This document shows, piece after piece, positions 37,960 to 47,109 of a stretch of 64,000 bases of DNA (the stretch's first letter is position 1; every line of letters begins with the position of its first letter). Source of the DNA: Actinomycetes bacterium. Lineage in GTDB: Bacteria; Actinomycetota; Acidimicrobiia; Acidimicrobiales; Microtrichaceae. The position numbers were made by a program, and so were the translations under genes. The stretch lies in the NCBI GenBank assembly GCA_037141255.1, contig JBAXCX010000001.1, positions 67 through 64,066 of the forward strand, in the 5' to 3' direction. Below the pieces are notes generated by a model. It was not told the origin of the DNA. It did not search any database and saw only the letters and a list, made by a program, of their open reading frames with translations.

Positions 37960-38841
37960 ATGGTGATGTCTGAGGGGGTCGCACCGCCGTACTTGTCGCG
38001 TGAACTCGAAGCGCCCGGTAAGCCAAGACGAGGATCAAACACATCCGGTCGGGCCGGGTCGCGTTGGGGGCAAAGAATTCTGACTGGATTCGCCTGCCTC
38101 GTGTACTTGTATTTATTTCTGCCACTCATCAACATCATCGTCTTTACCTTCAATGACCCGATCGGCAGATACAACATCAGCTGGGATGGATTCACGATCA
38201 ATAACTGGCTTGACCCGTTTAAGGACAAAGAACTCACCGACGCATTTATCCGCAGCCTCGAGGTGGCATTTCTGGCCATCACGATTGCGCTCATCATGGG
38301 CTCGCTGATTGCCATTGCACTTGCCCGCTACCGATTTACTGGCTCTCGCGGAATCGAGATTTTTCTGGTGCTTCCGCTCACCACACCAGAGATTGTGTTG
38401 GGAGCTTCGCTGTACCAACTCTTCTTGGGACGCAATATCATCTTCGGGTTCTCGACCGTGGTCATTGCCCATGTGATGTTCTGTGTCAGCTTTGTTGCAC
38501 TGACGGTCAAGGCACGAGTCCGTGGTTTTGACTGGACTCTGGAAGACGCAGCCATGGACCTTGGGGCATCACCTTGGCGTAGCTTTCGCAAAATCACTTT
38601 TCCGCTCATCTTGCCCGGGATTGTGGCCGCTGCCCTGCTCAGCTTTGCGCTCTCACTCGATGACTACATCGTGACGGACTTCACCAAGGGCGAGTTCACC
38701 ACCTTCCCCATTCAAGTCAATAACGCTTTCCGCGTGTCCTTCCCACCGCAGGTCAATGTATTAGCCACCATGGTGTTGATCGTGAGCGTCCTACTACTCG
38801 TGCTCACCTCAGTTCGAGGCGAAAAGGGCGTCACTCGCTAA
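37960..38841 (+). CDS. potC: Polyamine ABC transporter permease
   Basis: LEDAAMDLGA, FALSLDD, multiple TM segments. Confidence 0.85.
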   Translation: MVMSEGVAPPYLSRELEAPGKPRRGSNTSGRAGSRWGQRILTGFACLVYLYLFLPLINIIVFTFNDPIGRYNISWDGFTINNWLDPFKDKELTDAFIRSLEVAFLAITIALIMGSLIAIALARYRFTGSRGIEIFLVLPLTTPEIVLGASLYQLFLGRNIIFGFSTVVIAHVMFCVSFVALTVKARVRGFDWTLEDAAMDLGASPWRSFRKITFPLILPGIVAAALLSFALSLDDYIVTDFTKGEFTTFPIQVNNAFRVSFPPQVNVLATMVLIVSVLLLVLTSVRGEKGVTR

Positions 38842-38843
38842 AG

Positions 38844-38879
38844 CTGGCTCACTTACTCAGACTGGCTCACTAGCCCAGA
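38844..38879. repeat. 2 x 18-nt degenerate direct repeat at a convergent gene junction
   Basis: ctggctcacttactcaga / ctggctcactagcccaga. Confidence 0.5.
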
Positions 38880-40555
38880 CTCGCGGCGGCAGTTGATTTT
38901 GCCCACCGGTAATCGGCCTTGCCCGATGGCGAGCGAACTACCTGCTCAACCAGAACCAGACTCCGCGGAATTTTGTATCCCGCTAGTTGACCGCGGCAGT
39001 GAGCATCGAGCTCCTCGAGCGTGGGAGTACTTCCCTTCGTGGGTTGAACAACAGCAGTCACTCGTTCACCCCAGCGCTCATCCGCAACACCAACCACCAA
39101 AACGTCGTACACCGCTGGATGCCCCTTCAACAGAGCTTCCACTTCTTCGGGGTAGACCTTTTCACCGCCGGTGTTGATACTGACAGATCCTCGACCAAGC
39201 AACGTGATGGAACCGTCCGCCTCGACCGTGGCCATATCGCCCGGCAGGACGTAGCGGGTGCCTTCGATGACAACAAAAGTCTCGGCCGTTTTTTCTGCAG
39301 CATTGTGATACCGCAGGGGGATATAGCCCGAGTGCGCAATTCGGCCGACAACTCCAGATCCAGGTTCAACGGGGTGGCCAGAATCATCTAGGACTGTGGT
39401 CCCTGCCTCGACGTTATCGAAGCGAACTCCCTTGCCGGGATCCTCTCCAGGGGATAACCGCCGACTTCCTTGGATACCTGTCTCGGAGGAGCCAAACCCG
39501 TCGGTCAACATGGCGTTCGGAGCAATCTCTCTCAGGCGATCTCGCAGCGAAGGGGCAAGTGGTGCACCGCCATTCGACAGCGAATACATGCTCGAAATCT
39601 CGAAGGGACCTTGCTCATCCCAAGCATCAATTAGTGGCCGGGCCATGGCGTCGCCAACCACAGTCATAATCGACACCTTTTCGACGTCCACGGTCTTCCA
39701 GATCTCGACTGGCTCAAACCCACCAGAATGCAGAATCACCTTTGCACCACAGAGAAGCCACATCAACGAGACCCACTGCGCTGCCGCATGCATCAGGGGG
39801 GCTAGGGCATAGAACACAAAGTCAAAATCAATGATTCGCTCAAGAAGTTCTTCGGGTGAGGCCACCGGCCCTGACATCCGCATCGGGTCTCCACCGCCGA
39901 TGCATCCAAAAAACGCATCGGCTTGTCGCCAGATCACGCCTTTGGGCATACCGGTAGTTCCACCCGTGTAGAGCAAGTACAGATCGTCATTCCCTCGGCC
40001 TAGTACGAGGGGGCGATCAGGCGAGGCTGCAGCTAGGGCTTGGTCATAGATGATTGCGTCGGGGAGCATCTCGAGGGTGCGTTGTTCTGCAATCGGGCTA
40101 ACGAGAATCGGGCTGACCACAATCGCGCTAACGACAACGCAGTGGCGCAGAGCAGGCACCTCGGCGGCGACGCTGCTGACCCGATCGACAAACTCTTCAT
40201 TGCAGACCAAGACAACAAGCCCAGAGTCGAGCAAGAGGTACCGCAACTCCTCGGTGACGTAGCGGTAATTGATGTTCACAGGGATTGCACGAATCTTGAA
40301 ACAAGCCAGAAGTACCTCGAGATACTCCGTGCAGTTGGTCAGATAGCAACCCACAAACTCCCCCGGCTGCACCCCCTTGGCCAAGAGATGATTCGCCATG
40401 CGGTTGGCACGCTCCTCGAGTTGCCCGTAGGTCAACCTGCGAGCGCCGCAGACGATCGCCTCTCGCTCCGCTACCCGATCCGAGACGGCCTCGAACAAGT
40501 CGGCCAAGTTGTAGCTCAGCGAGGCCTCTGATGCAGTTGTTGATGAATCGCCCAT
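38870..40555 (-). CDS. Acyl-CoA synthetase (second FadD19-family paralog)
   Basis: YNLADLFEAV, YTGGTTGMPKG, LGRGSVSINTGGEK, RSPSGKADYRWA. Start reset to ATG 40555 to remove overlap. Confidence 0.88.
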   Translation of the reverse strand: MGDSSTTASEASLSYNLADLFEAVSDRVAEREAIVCGARRLTYGQLEERANRMANHLLAKGVQPGEFVGCYLTNCTEYLEVLLACFKIRAIPVNINYRYVTEELRYLLLDSGLVVLVCNEEFVDRVSSVAAEVPALRHCVVVSAIVVSPILVSPIAEQRTLEMLPDAIIYDQALAAASPDRPLVLGRGNDDLYLLYTGGTTGMPKGVIWRQADAFFGCIGGGDPMRMSGPVASPEELLERIIDFDFVFYALAPLMHAAAQWVSLMWLLCGAKVILHSGGFEPVEIWKTVDVEKVSIMTVVGDAMARPLIDAWDEQGPFEISSMYSLSNGGAPLAPSLRDRLREIAPNAMLTDGFGSSETGIQGSRRLSPGEDPGKGVRFDNVEAGTTVLDDSGHPVEPGSGVVGRIAHSGYIPLRYHNAAEKTAETFVVIEGTRYVLPGDMATVEADGSITLLGRGSVSINTGGEKVYPEEVEALLKGHPAVYDVLVVGVADERWGERVTAVVQPTKGSTPTLEELDAHCRGQLAGYKIPRSLVLVEQVVRSPSGKADYRWAKSTAAASLG

Positions 40556-40577
40556 ATGGGCAGACAAGGTAGTCGCG

Positions 40578-41399
40578 TCAGCGCGAAATGACCTGTCCCT
40601 GCAGCGTGTCTCGCTGCACGTTGGTTCGCTGAACAATCCCCACCTCATCACAACAGGAGTCACTGTTTGCGCAGCCGCCATCTTGATGCGATTGATAGTT
40701 GACTCTGAATCCGCTCGGCAAGACCTGGTTTCCTGTGGCGAGTAACGCTTCTGCATCTGACCAGCGGATGGCAACCGAGGGGTCATCACATCTAGCGAAG
40801 ACTTCAGACCACATAGTGACTCCCGAAATGCGATCACCGGCTGGGTGCAGGTCTCGAATGACGGTGCTGACAGAACTCGAAAGGTCGGTCACCGTTCCCC
40901 GCCAAGCAGTTTGATCCCCGAGTGCCACTCGCTCAATGCGCAGGCGATACGGAACACTGGGTTGCCAGACAAAGTCTCGGGTATGCGGATTCGCCATCTT
41001 TGAGGGCAACGCAGACTCGGACCCTGATAACACCATCCCGCGGTGGTCATACCCACCCCAGTTCACCGCCGTTGATCCAGGATGACCGGGATGCCATTGC
41101 AAACCAAGATGCGCCCCACCACCATGGCGGCCGCTCTCATCCGCGAAATCTGCCTGCAGGGCCCAAAAATAGAGGCGCTCCACGCTCGGGGGCTCAAGGA
41201 TCTCGAGCGTGACAGCTACGGCGGTGATCTCTGCTGCGGTGATGGGTGCTGCGCTGCCGGCCAAATCCTCCACAGAGGGCAACTGCCAGCTGAGATGAAA
41301 CGAGGATGCCCGATTACTTGAGGTTGGCAAACCCGCTACTCGACCCGAAGCAGAGGCCCGAAGGCTTGTGCGAAGCTTTTGCCACCAAGTTTCAGCCAT
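40578..41399 (-). CDS. Hypothetical protein (Trp/Gly-rich, probably all-beta)
   Basis: Only long ORF filling the interval; motifs LYFWALQ, GGAHLGLQW, VNWGGY, WSEVF, NYQ...GGC. Confidence 0.7.
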   Translation of the reverse strand: MAETWWQKLRTSLRASASGRVAGLPTSSNRASSFHLSWQLPSVEDLAGSAAPITAAEITAVAVTLEILEPPSVERLYFWALQADFADESGRHGGGAHLGLQWHPGHPGSTAVNWGGYDHRGMVLSGSESALPSKMANPHTRDFVWQPSVPYRLRIERVALGDQTAWRGTVTDLSSSVSTVIRDLHPAGDRISGVTMWSEVFARCDDPSVAIRWSDAEALLATGNQVLPSGFRVNYQSHQDGGCANSDSCCDEVGIVQRTNVQRDTLQGQVISR

Positions 41400-41481
41400 A
41401 GCCCAGTATCGCTGACACCGGCCTACTTCGCCTAGAAGTAGTCAACTGTGAGATTATTTTGCCGTGCAGCAAGGTTCGATA

Positions 41482-42654
41482 ATGTCAGAAAAAACGCGAT
41501 CAACTAGACGGCCCCGGTTCGGAGCACTCCTGATAGTTCTTCTCTTCGGTGTTCTCGCATCCACCTCACAGGCCAGCCCTGCGGGTGCTAGCAGGCAAAC
41601 GAAAAGCCAAGACGCCCGCACCGTGCAGATAGATCCGGCCGTACTCGCTGAAGCGACTGGTCCTGACGGAGTTCTCGACATCGCGATTCGAGAGATTGAC
41701 CCCTTTGTGATGTCTGCGCCAAACGGTTGGTCTGGGTACAGCATCGAGATGTGGGAAGAGGCCGCCGGGACGTTAAAAATTCCCTACAAGTACCATCAGT
41801 TTGCCTCGGTTGCTGAACAACTTGATGCGCTGCGAACACGGAAAGTGGACGCGGCGCTCGGGGCAATCTCGATTACGGCCGCCCGTGAAGCTGAGTTCGA
41901 TTTTACCGTTCCGATGTATGACTCAGGCTTGCAAATCTTGACCACTGCCTCGAGCGGCGGAGCGTGGTCGTTGTTGGGAAAGTTGTTCTCCTCAACCGTG
42001 CTGTTTCTGCTGCTCGGCTTAGTTGTCATGCTCGTCATCGTTGGCCACATTGTCTGGCTAGTTGAGCGGCGACGTAACGAGCACTTTCCGCGTGGTTACG
42101 GTCCAGGCGTTTGGGAGGGCATCTGGTGGTCAATTGTGACCATGTCCACCGTGGGTTACGGCGACAGAACCGTCACCACGCGAGCTGGCCGCATCGTTGC
42201 CATGTGCTGGATGCTCATTGGCTTAGTCCTCGTTGCTCAATTCACCGCAATCATCACCTCGACGCTGACGGTGAACCGTTTGGAAGCCGAGGTGAACAAC
42301 GTGGGTGACCTGAACGGAAAGAAGGTCGTCACCGTGGCAAATACCTCCTCCGTTCAGTTTCTCGACAGCATCGGGATTCTTCCCATCGAAGTCAACGATA
42401 CGGACGCTGCCTTTAAACAGATCGAATCGGGTAGGGCCTCGGCTTTTGTCTTCGACGCTCCGGTGCTGCGGAGCCATCTTGCGAAGAGCGGAAATGACTC
42501 GCTTCACATCGTTGGACCAGTCTTTCAACAGCAGGGCTATGGAATGGCGTTCCCTTCGCTGTCACCGATTATTACGCCTATCGACCTTGAGTTCCTCAAG
42601 CAGCGAGAAGATGGCTTTTCGGCAGATCTCAGCCGCAAGTACATGGGTAACTAA
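41482..42654 (+). CDS. Amino-acid-binding domain plus K+ channel pore (GluR0-like ligand-gated channel)
   Basis: Signal/TM, S1 lobe (AISITAAREAEFDF), TM-WWSIVTMSTVGYGD-TM, S2 lobe (FVFDAP...GYGMAF). Confidence 0.88.
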   Translation: MSEKTRSTRRPRFGALLIVLLFGVLASTSQASPAGASRQTKSQDARTVQIDPAVLAEATGPDGVLDIAIREIDPFVMSAPNGWSGYSIEMWEEAAGTLKIPYKYHQFASVAEQLDALRTRKVDAALGAISITAAREAEFDFTVPMYDSGLQILTTASSGGAWSLLGKLFSSTVLFLLLGLVVMLVIVGHIVWLVERRRNEHFPRGYGPGVWEGIWWSIVTMSTVGYGDRTVTTRAGRIVAMCWMLIGLVLVAQFTAIITSTLTVNRLEAEVNNVGDLNGKKVVTVANTSSVQFLDSIGILPIEVNDTDAAFKQIESGRASAFVFDAPVLRSHLAKSGNDSLHIVGPVFQQQGYGMAFPSLSPIITPIDLEFLKQREDGFSADLSRKYMGN

Positions 42655-42685
42655 GGGCAGCTAGCCCTGCTGCCAAAGCCAAAAC

Positions 42686-42699
42686 TGGAACGCGTTCTA
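42686..42699. promoter_or_regulatory. KstR-type operator
   Basis: TGGAACGCGTTCTA, perfect consensus, over the -35 region; TAGAGT -10 at 42711. Confidence 0.8.
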
Positions 42700-42723
42700 C
42701 TGAGTCGATCTAGAGTGCAGGCC

Positions 42724-43596
42724 ATGGGCATGCCTAGCGATATTGCAATCATCGACACCATGATCGGCTTTCCAAGCACTGACAGACGAGAGGTGTACAA
42801 GTTCCTGGCACCTTCCCTGCGCGATGCGGAGTCAAAAGAAGACTTCAAGATGCCGGCGCAGTACATGTTCAAAGACATACCCAGCGAGATTGAAGACGGA
42901 GTAGATGCTGTGGCGGTCACTTTGGACAATATGGATCGATACGGAGTTGCCCAAGGTCTGATCAACGTAGGAAACGAGACGCGAGATGAGCCTCGTCGAG
43001 CAATCACTGCTCACCCCGACCGCTTCTTAGGCCTAGTAGATGTCGATCCCAGACAGGGCATGGATGCCGTCAGAAAGATCCGTAAATACCACGATGAGTT
43101 CGGCATCGTGGCCGTTTCAAGCTTTCCTTCGGGCTGCGAAACTGCAATCAATGCAGCGGCCTACTACCCCGTGTATGCCACCTGTGCCGAACTTGGCCTG
43201 CCAATCTTTTTGACTGCTGGGGTGCCCGGGCCTCGAGTCCCGCTTGGGCCGCAACGCGTGGAGTACCTAGACGAGATTTGCTGGTTCTTTCCGGAGCTCA
43301 CCGTGGTGATGCGTCACGGGGCAGACCCGTGGACTGAACTGGCAGTCAAGCTGATGTTGAAATGGCCAAATTTGTACTATTCGACCTCTGCCTTTGCGCC
43401 CAAGCATTACCCCAAGACCATCATCGACTATGCGAACACTCGCGGTGCGGACAAGGTGCTCTACGCCGGCTACTTCCCCGCTGGGCTCACGTATGAGCGG
43501 ATCATGGCCGAGATGCCCACGATCGGCCTGAAGGACGAAGTCTGGCCGAAATTCCTGCGCGATAACGCTGCAAGAATTCTTGGCCTAGCGAGTTAA
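42724..43596 (+). CDS. Amidohydrolase_2 family protein
   Basis: PVYATCAELGLPI, GVPGPRVP, FPELTVVMRHG, STSAFAPKHYP; probable leaderless ATG 42724. Confidence 0.85.
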   Translation: MGMPSDIAIIDTMIGFPSTDRREVYKFLAPSLRDAESKEDFKMPAQYMFKDIPSEIEDGVDAVAVTLDNMDRYGVAQGLINVGNETRDEPRRAITAHPDRFLGLVDVDPRQGMDAVRKIRKYHDEFGIVAVSSFPSGCETAINAAAYYPVYATCAELGLPIFLTAGVPGPRVPLGPQRVEYLDEICWFFPELTVVMRHGADPWTELAVKLMLKWPNLYYSTSAFAPKHYPKTIIDYANTRGADKVLYAGYFPAGLTYERIMAEMPTIGLKDEVWPKFLRDNAARILGLAS

Positions 43597-43682
43597 TAGG
43601 CAGTTCTGGAAAGCCAAACCGCTGATCTGAGTCGATTTGCCCAGAATCTACAGGTGAGGCCAGAACCAGCCGATACCTCGGT

Positions 43683-45044
43683 ATGTTCTCGGTTCCTTTT
43701 GGTTCATCTCGAATCCGCTCTGCAAGGCTCGCCGTGTCGGCGACCATGGTGCTCCTCAGCGCATGTGGAGTAGCGGCGCCTCCCGTAAGCGAGCCCGGCC
43801 CAGCCCCCACGGTAACGACTTCTACCACCACCATCCCGCTGGCCGCGCAGCCTGGCCCAATTGACGCCTCAACGGCGTGTCACCCAATCAGCGTGGCAGC
43901 AGCCTCGGTACCGCTTGTTGGTGTCAACTCAATCACCCCTCAACAAGCTGCTGCTGAGGCGAGCACCGCGTTCACCTACGCACTCATTGACCCGACTGTT
44001 CTTGGCGGACCCGGATCAGTACCCGTAGTGGTGACCTCGCTCGATTCCAACGGTCGACCAGAAATCCAGCAGGTGAACTTCGCAAGCCTCAATCAAGCAC
44101 GCACCGAGGTGGCCGCCATTGCTACCGAGAACATTTCCCAAGGCCTTCAAGTTCTGTCAGTCGAAACAGAATCTGAACTGCACTCGGTGGGTTCACCGGT
44201 TACCAATGACCCGTTCCGGCCCTCGCAATGGGCGCTCGCACAATTCAACTTTGAGGGAGTCTGGGCCAACACCACGGGAACGGGCGTTTGCGTTGCAGTG
44301 GTTGACAGCGGCATAGCGCTCAATCACCCAGACCTAGCCGGAAAGGTCGTTCGTTCTGCTGACTTCACGGGGGAAGGAACCAATGTCTACGGGGATCACG
44401 CAACACACGTGGCAGGAATAATCGCAGCACTGCCCAACAATGGTCAGGGAACAGTTGGTGCAGCACCTGGAGTCAGCTTGCTCAACGCCAAAGCTCTGAC
44501 CTCTGCACGTGGCGAAGGAACAACAACTGAAGTTGCCAATGCAATCATTTGGGCGGTAGACGAGGGCGCAAGGGTGATCAACACCTCGATCGGCGGCAGT
44601 TCGGGGTCATCTGCACTGCAGCAGGCAATCAACTACGCGCAGAGTCACGATGTTGTGCTCGTGGCCTCGGGTGGCAACGATGGCCTCAACGGCAATCCTG
44701 CAAGTTGGCCAGCCGCATATGACTGGCCGATTGCTGCGGCCTCGGTGACCGATACTGGCGTGCGCTCATCGTTCTCGACCGAAGGCAGCTACATCGACGT
44801 TGCAGCCCCTGGCAGTTCGATCTTGTCGACAATCACTTCGAACCGCTACGCATACATGTCGGGTACCTCGATGGCGGCACCACATGTGACGGCCTTAGCG
44901 GCTCTGGCCCGAGCGGCACATCCAACCGAGTCTGCTACGCAGATCCGGTCTCGAATCATAGACACTGCAACCGATACGGGCGCCGCTGGCTGGGATTCAA
45001 GCTATGGCTCGGGAGTGATTAACCCACCTGCAGCAGTGGGCTAA
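43683..45044 (+). CDS. S8 subtilisin-like serine peptidase, lipoprotein
   Basis: LSAC lipobox; triad VVDSG, HATHVAG, GTSMAAP; oxyanion SGGN. Confidence 0.92.
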   Translation: MFSVPFGSSRIRSARLAVSATMVLLSACGVAAPPVSEPGPAPTVTTSTTTIPLAAQPGPIDASTACHPISVAAASVPLVGVNSITPQQAAAEASTAFTYALIDPTVLGGPGSVPVVVTSLDSNGRPEIQQVNFASLNQARTEVAAIATENISQGLQVLSVETESELHSVGSPVTNDPFRPSQWALAQFNFEGVWANTTGTGVCVAVVDSGIALNHPDLAGKVVRSADFTGEGTNVYGDHATHVAGIIAALPNNGQGTVGAAPGVSLLNAKALTSARGEGTTTEVANAIIWAVDEGARVINTSIGGSSGSSALQQAINYAQSHDVVLVASGGNDGLNGNPASWPAAYDWPIAAASVTDTGVRSSFSTEGSYIDVAAPGSSILSTITSNRYAYMSGTSMAAPHVTALAALARAAHPTESATQIRSRIIDTATDTGAAGWDSSYGSGVINPPAAVG

Positions 45045-45098
45045 GCGGGCTCCACTCCCCGCTGACTGGAGGCTCAGTGACTTCTAGCCTGCCCTGAC

Positions 45099-46433
45099 AT
45101 GTCACGAATTGGCGCCGATCCTGTTGCACTCCGCCAGCTTGGCTCCACGCTCAGCAAGCTTGCCAATCATGTCGACCACAGCGCGGCAAGCTTGGAACGC
45201 CAAGTGCGAGGCAGCAGTTGGCGTGGCCAAGATGCCAGAGACTTTCTCCGAGAATGGCATCAGCGACATCGACCTTCGCTGCAAGCCATATCGGGTGCTT
45301 GCTTGCAGGGTTCTACGCAGCTGAAGCGCCAGGCTGAGCAACAAGAGCAGGCCTCTGATGGAGCATCCTCAGCGCTGCTTGCCAACCCGTTAGCAGCGCA
45401 GCAAACCCCTGCCCGACTCCCTGCGCCATTCCCCAAATCAGAGCTGCGCCTGCTCTCGGGCATGCAGATAACTGCGGGCGCACTTGTAGTTGGCGTGACG
45501 CAAAATCTGACCATTCAGCACCTGTCAGACAAACAGCTGCGCGTCACGAGCGCCGAACGCAATCAAGCGGGTCTCGCTGCCACTGCTGGGGCCTCGGTCT
45601 CGCTCGGCACACAAAACATTTCCCTCGGAGCCAATCTCCGTGGGCAGATTGCGGTCGCTCAGCTGACTCGTCGCGAGTACACGACCACGCAGAACAACCT
45701 GCTGCCGACAATTGCGCTTATCGAAGCCGAGGCTGCTCTTGGGCGCGCTGTCACTGCTAGCGCTGGTATGCCCGGATTGGGAATAGGTTCATGGTTCCTC
45801 ACTCAGATTGCACCCATGGCCTCTCGCACCGAAACGCTCACCGAACTCAACCTGAGTGCTCAGGGTTCGGCTTCTTTGGCCTCTGCTCTTGGTATTCAGG
45901 CTGTAGCTCGCGGCGGAGGGAGCTTTCGTTTTGGACAGGGACACAACTCTCAGGTTCTTGAACTTGAGGGAAGTTCTGCCTCGCTGCTTTCCGGGCAGTT
46001 GCTTCAGCGAATTCGATTTGCCTCGGTCGGGGATGCCGGCACAGAGGTGCACCTGTCTCGTGTTCGCATTGAAATTCCAGAGCGTTCGACCCCCAATCGC
46101 CCAACACAAGGAGCAGACCTGATTCTGAGCACAACTACCACCGATGGCCATCACGAGCATCGCTCAGTCACCAACATGGAGTTGTCGGAATCGGCCAAGA
46201 TGGAAAGCGTCGAGGGGGTCACCCGCGCCCTGAGGTTCCTTGAGCAGGGTGAGCTTGGCCAAGCGGTGCATTCGCTCTCTGGCCTTGACCTGCCCGTCGC
46301 TGACTCTCTCACCCGCTCAGGCGAATTCTCGGTCAGCGAGCACACGGGAATTCTGGGTGCCACCCTCGGCGCCGGAGTTGGACTCGGCATCTCAACCGAT
46401 GGAGGCATGCAGCAACTCAGATTGGTCAGCTGA
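45099..46433 (+). CDS. Protein with N-terminal WXG100-like domain and unknown C-terminal region
   Basis: GADPVALRQLG...SWRGQDARDFLREW...LKRQAEQQEQAS helix-WxG-helix pattern. Confidence 0.7.
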   Translation: MSRIGADPVALRQLGSTLSKLANHVDHSAASLERQVRGSSWRGQDARDFLREWHQRHRPSLQAISGACLQGSTQLKRQAEQQEQASDGASSALLANPLAAQQTPARLPAPFPKSELRLLSGMQITAGALVVGVTQNLTIQHLSDKQLRVTSAERNQAGLAATAGASVSLGTQNISLGANLRGQIAVAQLTRREYTTTQNNLLPTIALIEAEAALGRAVTASAGMPGLGIGSWFLTQIAPMASRTETLTELNLSAQGSASLASALGIQAVARGGGSFRFGQGHNSQVLELEGSSASLLSGQLLQRIRFASVGDAGTEVHLSRVRIEIPERSTPNRPTQGADLILSTTTTDGHHEHRSVTNMELSESAKMESVEGVTRALRFLEQGELGQAVHSLSGLDLPVADSLTRSGEFSVSEHTGILGATLGAGVGLGISTDGGMQQLRLVS

Positions 46434-46438
46434 TGCTT

Positions 46439-47044
46439 TCAGGCAAGCAGAAGGTGACTCGCCATTTCGAGTTTGGGCATCACTGAGGAATCTGGCTCTA
46501 CCCCAGAAATCCAGCTCACTAGGGCCGCAAGCCAAACATCGCTCAGAAGGTCGATTCGCATGAGCTCACTCTCACGGTCCGCAACGGTTTCGATCCCATC
46601 AGCCCCCAATGCGTCGCTAATGATGCGACGCATGAGCACCCGCGTCTCGGCAACGGCCGTTGCGATCTCTTGGTTACCGGAAACCAGCGCCCGAATCATC
46701 GCAATGGTGATTTGCGGTTGCCGCCGAAGGGCAGAATTTGATCTTCTCAGCACGTCGATGACCCGCTGTATCGGATCAGTTCCCTCTGCGGGACGCACTG
46801 CGAGTCGATCAGCGAGTACTTCAATATCGGCGATCATGACCGAGACCAGCAGGTACTCTTTGGATGGGAAATATCGGTACAAGGTTCCGAGAGCTACCTC
46901 TGCGCGCTGTGCTACCTCGCGCATCTGAACTGCATCCCAGCCGCCTTCCAAGGCAAGTTGAGAGGTCACCTCGAGCATCCTCGTCAACCGGGCGTTTTGC
47001 GACTGAGTCAAACTCGTTGCGTTTGTTGACACCCGTTTCCTCAT
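46439..47044 (-). CDS. kstR: TetR-family regulator, KstR-like
   Basis: GGWDAVQMREVAQRAEVALGTLYRYFPSKEYLLVS closely matches the KstR HTH; C-terminal LSDVWLAALVSW; operator upstream. Confidence 0.8.
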   Translation of the reverse strand: MRKRVSTNATSLTQSQNARLTRMLEVTSQLALEGGWDAVQMREVAQRAEVALGTLYRYFPSKEYLLVSVMIADIEVLADRLAVRPAEGTDPIQRVIDVLRRSNSALRRQPQITIAMIRALVSGNQEIATAVAETRVLMRRIISDALGADGIETVADRESELMRIDLLSDVWLAALVSWISGVEPDSSVMPKLEMASHLLLA

Positions 47045-47071
47045 CCCATATCGACTAGGGAGAGAGCTTAC

Positions 47072-47085
47072 GAGAACCTGTTCCA
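47072..47085. promoter_or_regulatory. KstR-type operator (autoregulatory, 1 mismatch)
   Basis: Minus strand TGGAACAGGTTCTC, followed 1 nt later by a TAAGCT -10. Confidence 0.75.
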
Positions 47086-47109
47086 GTTTTGGTGCCGAAA
47101 ATGTTGAGC

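Noticed and set aside
40556-40837. ORF-track N-terminal extensions (also 3962-4183, 7167-7283, 49275-49538, 60195-60308, 61942-62115)
   Set aside because: They overlap neighbouring genes or promoters; family homology begins at the downstream starts.
43683-45044. Calling the S8 protease a mycosin (mycP)
   Set aside because: It has a lipobox and no C-terminal TM anchor, and there are no ecc genes in the window.
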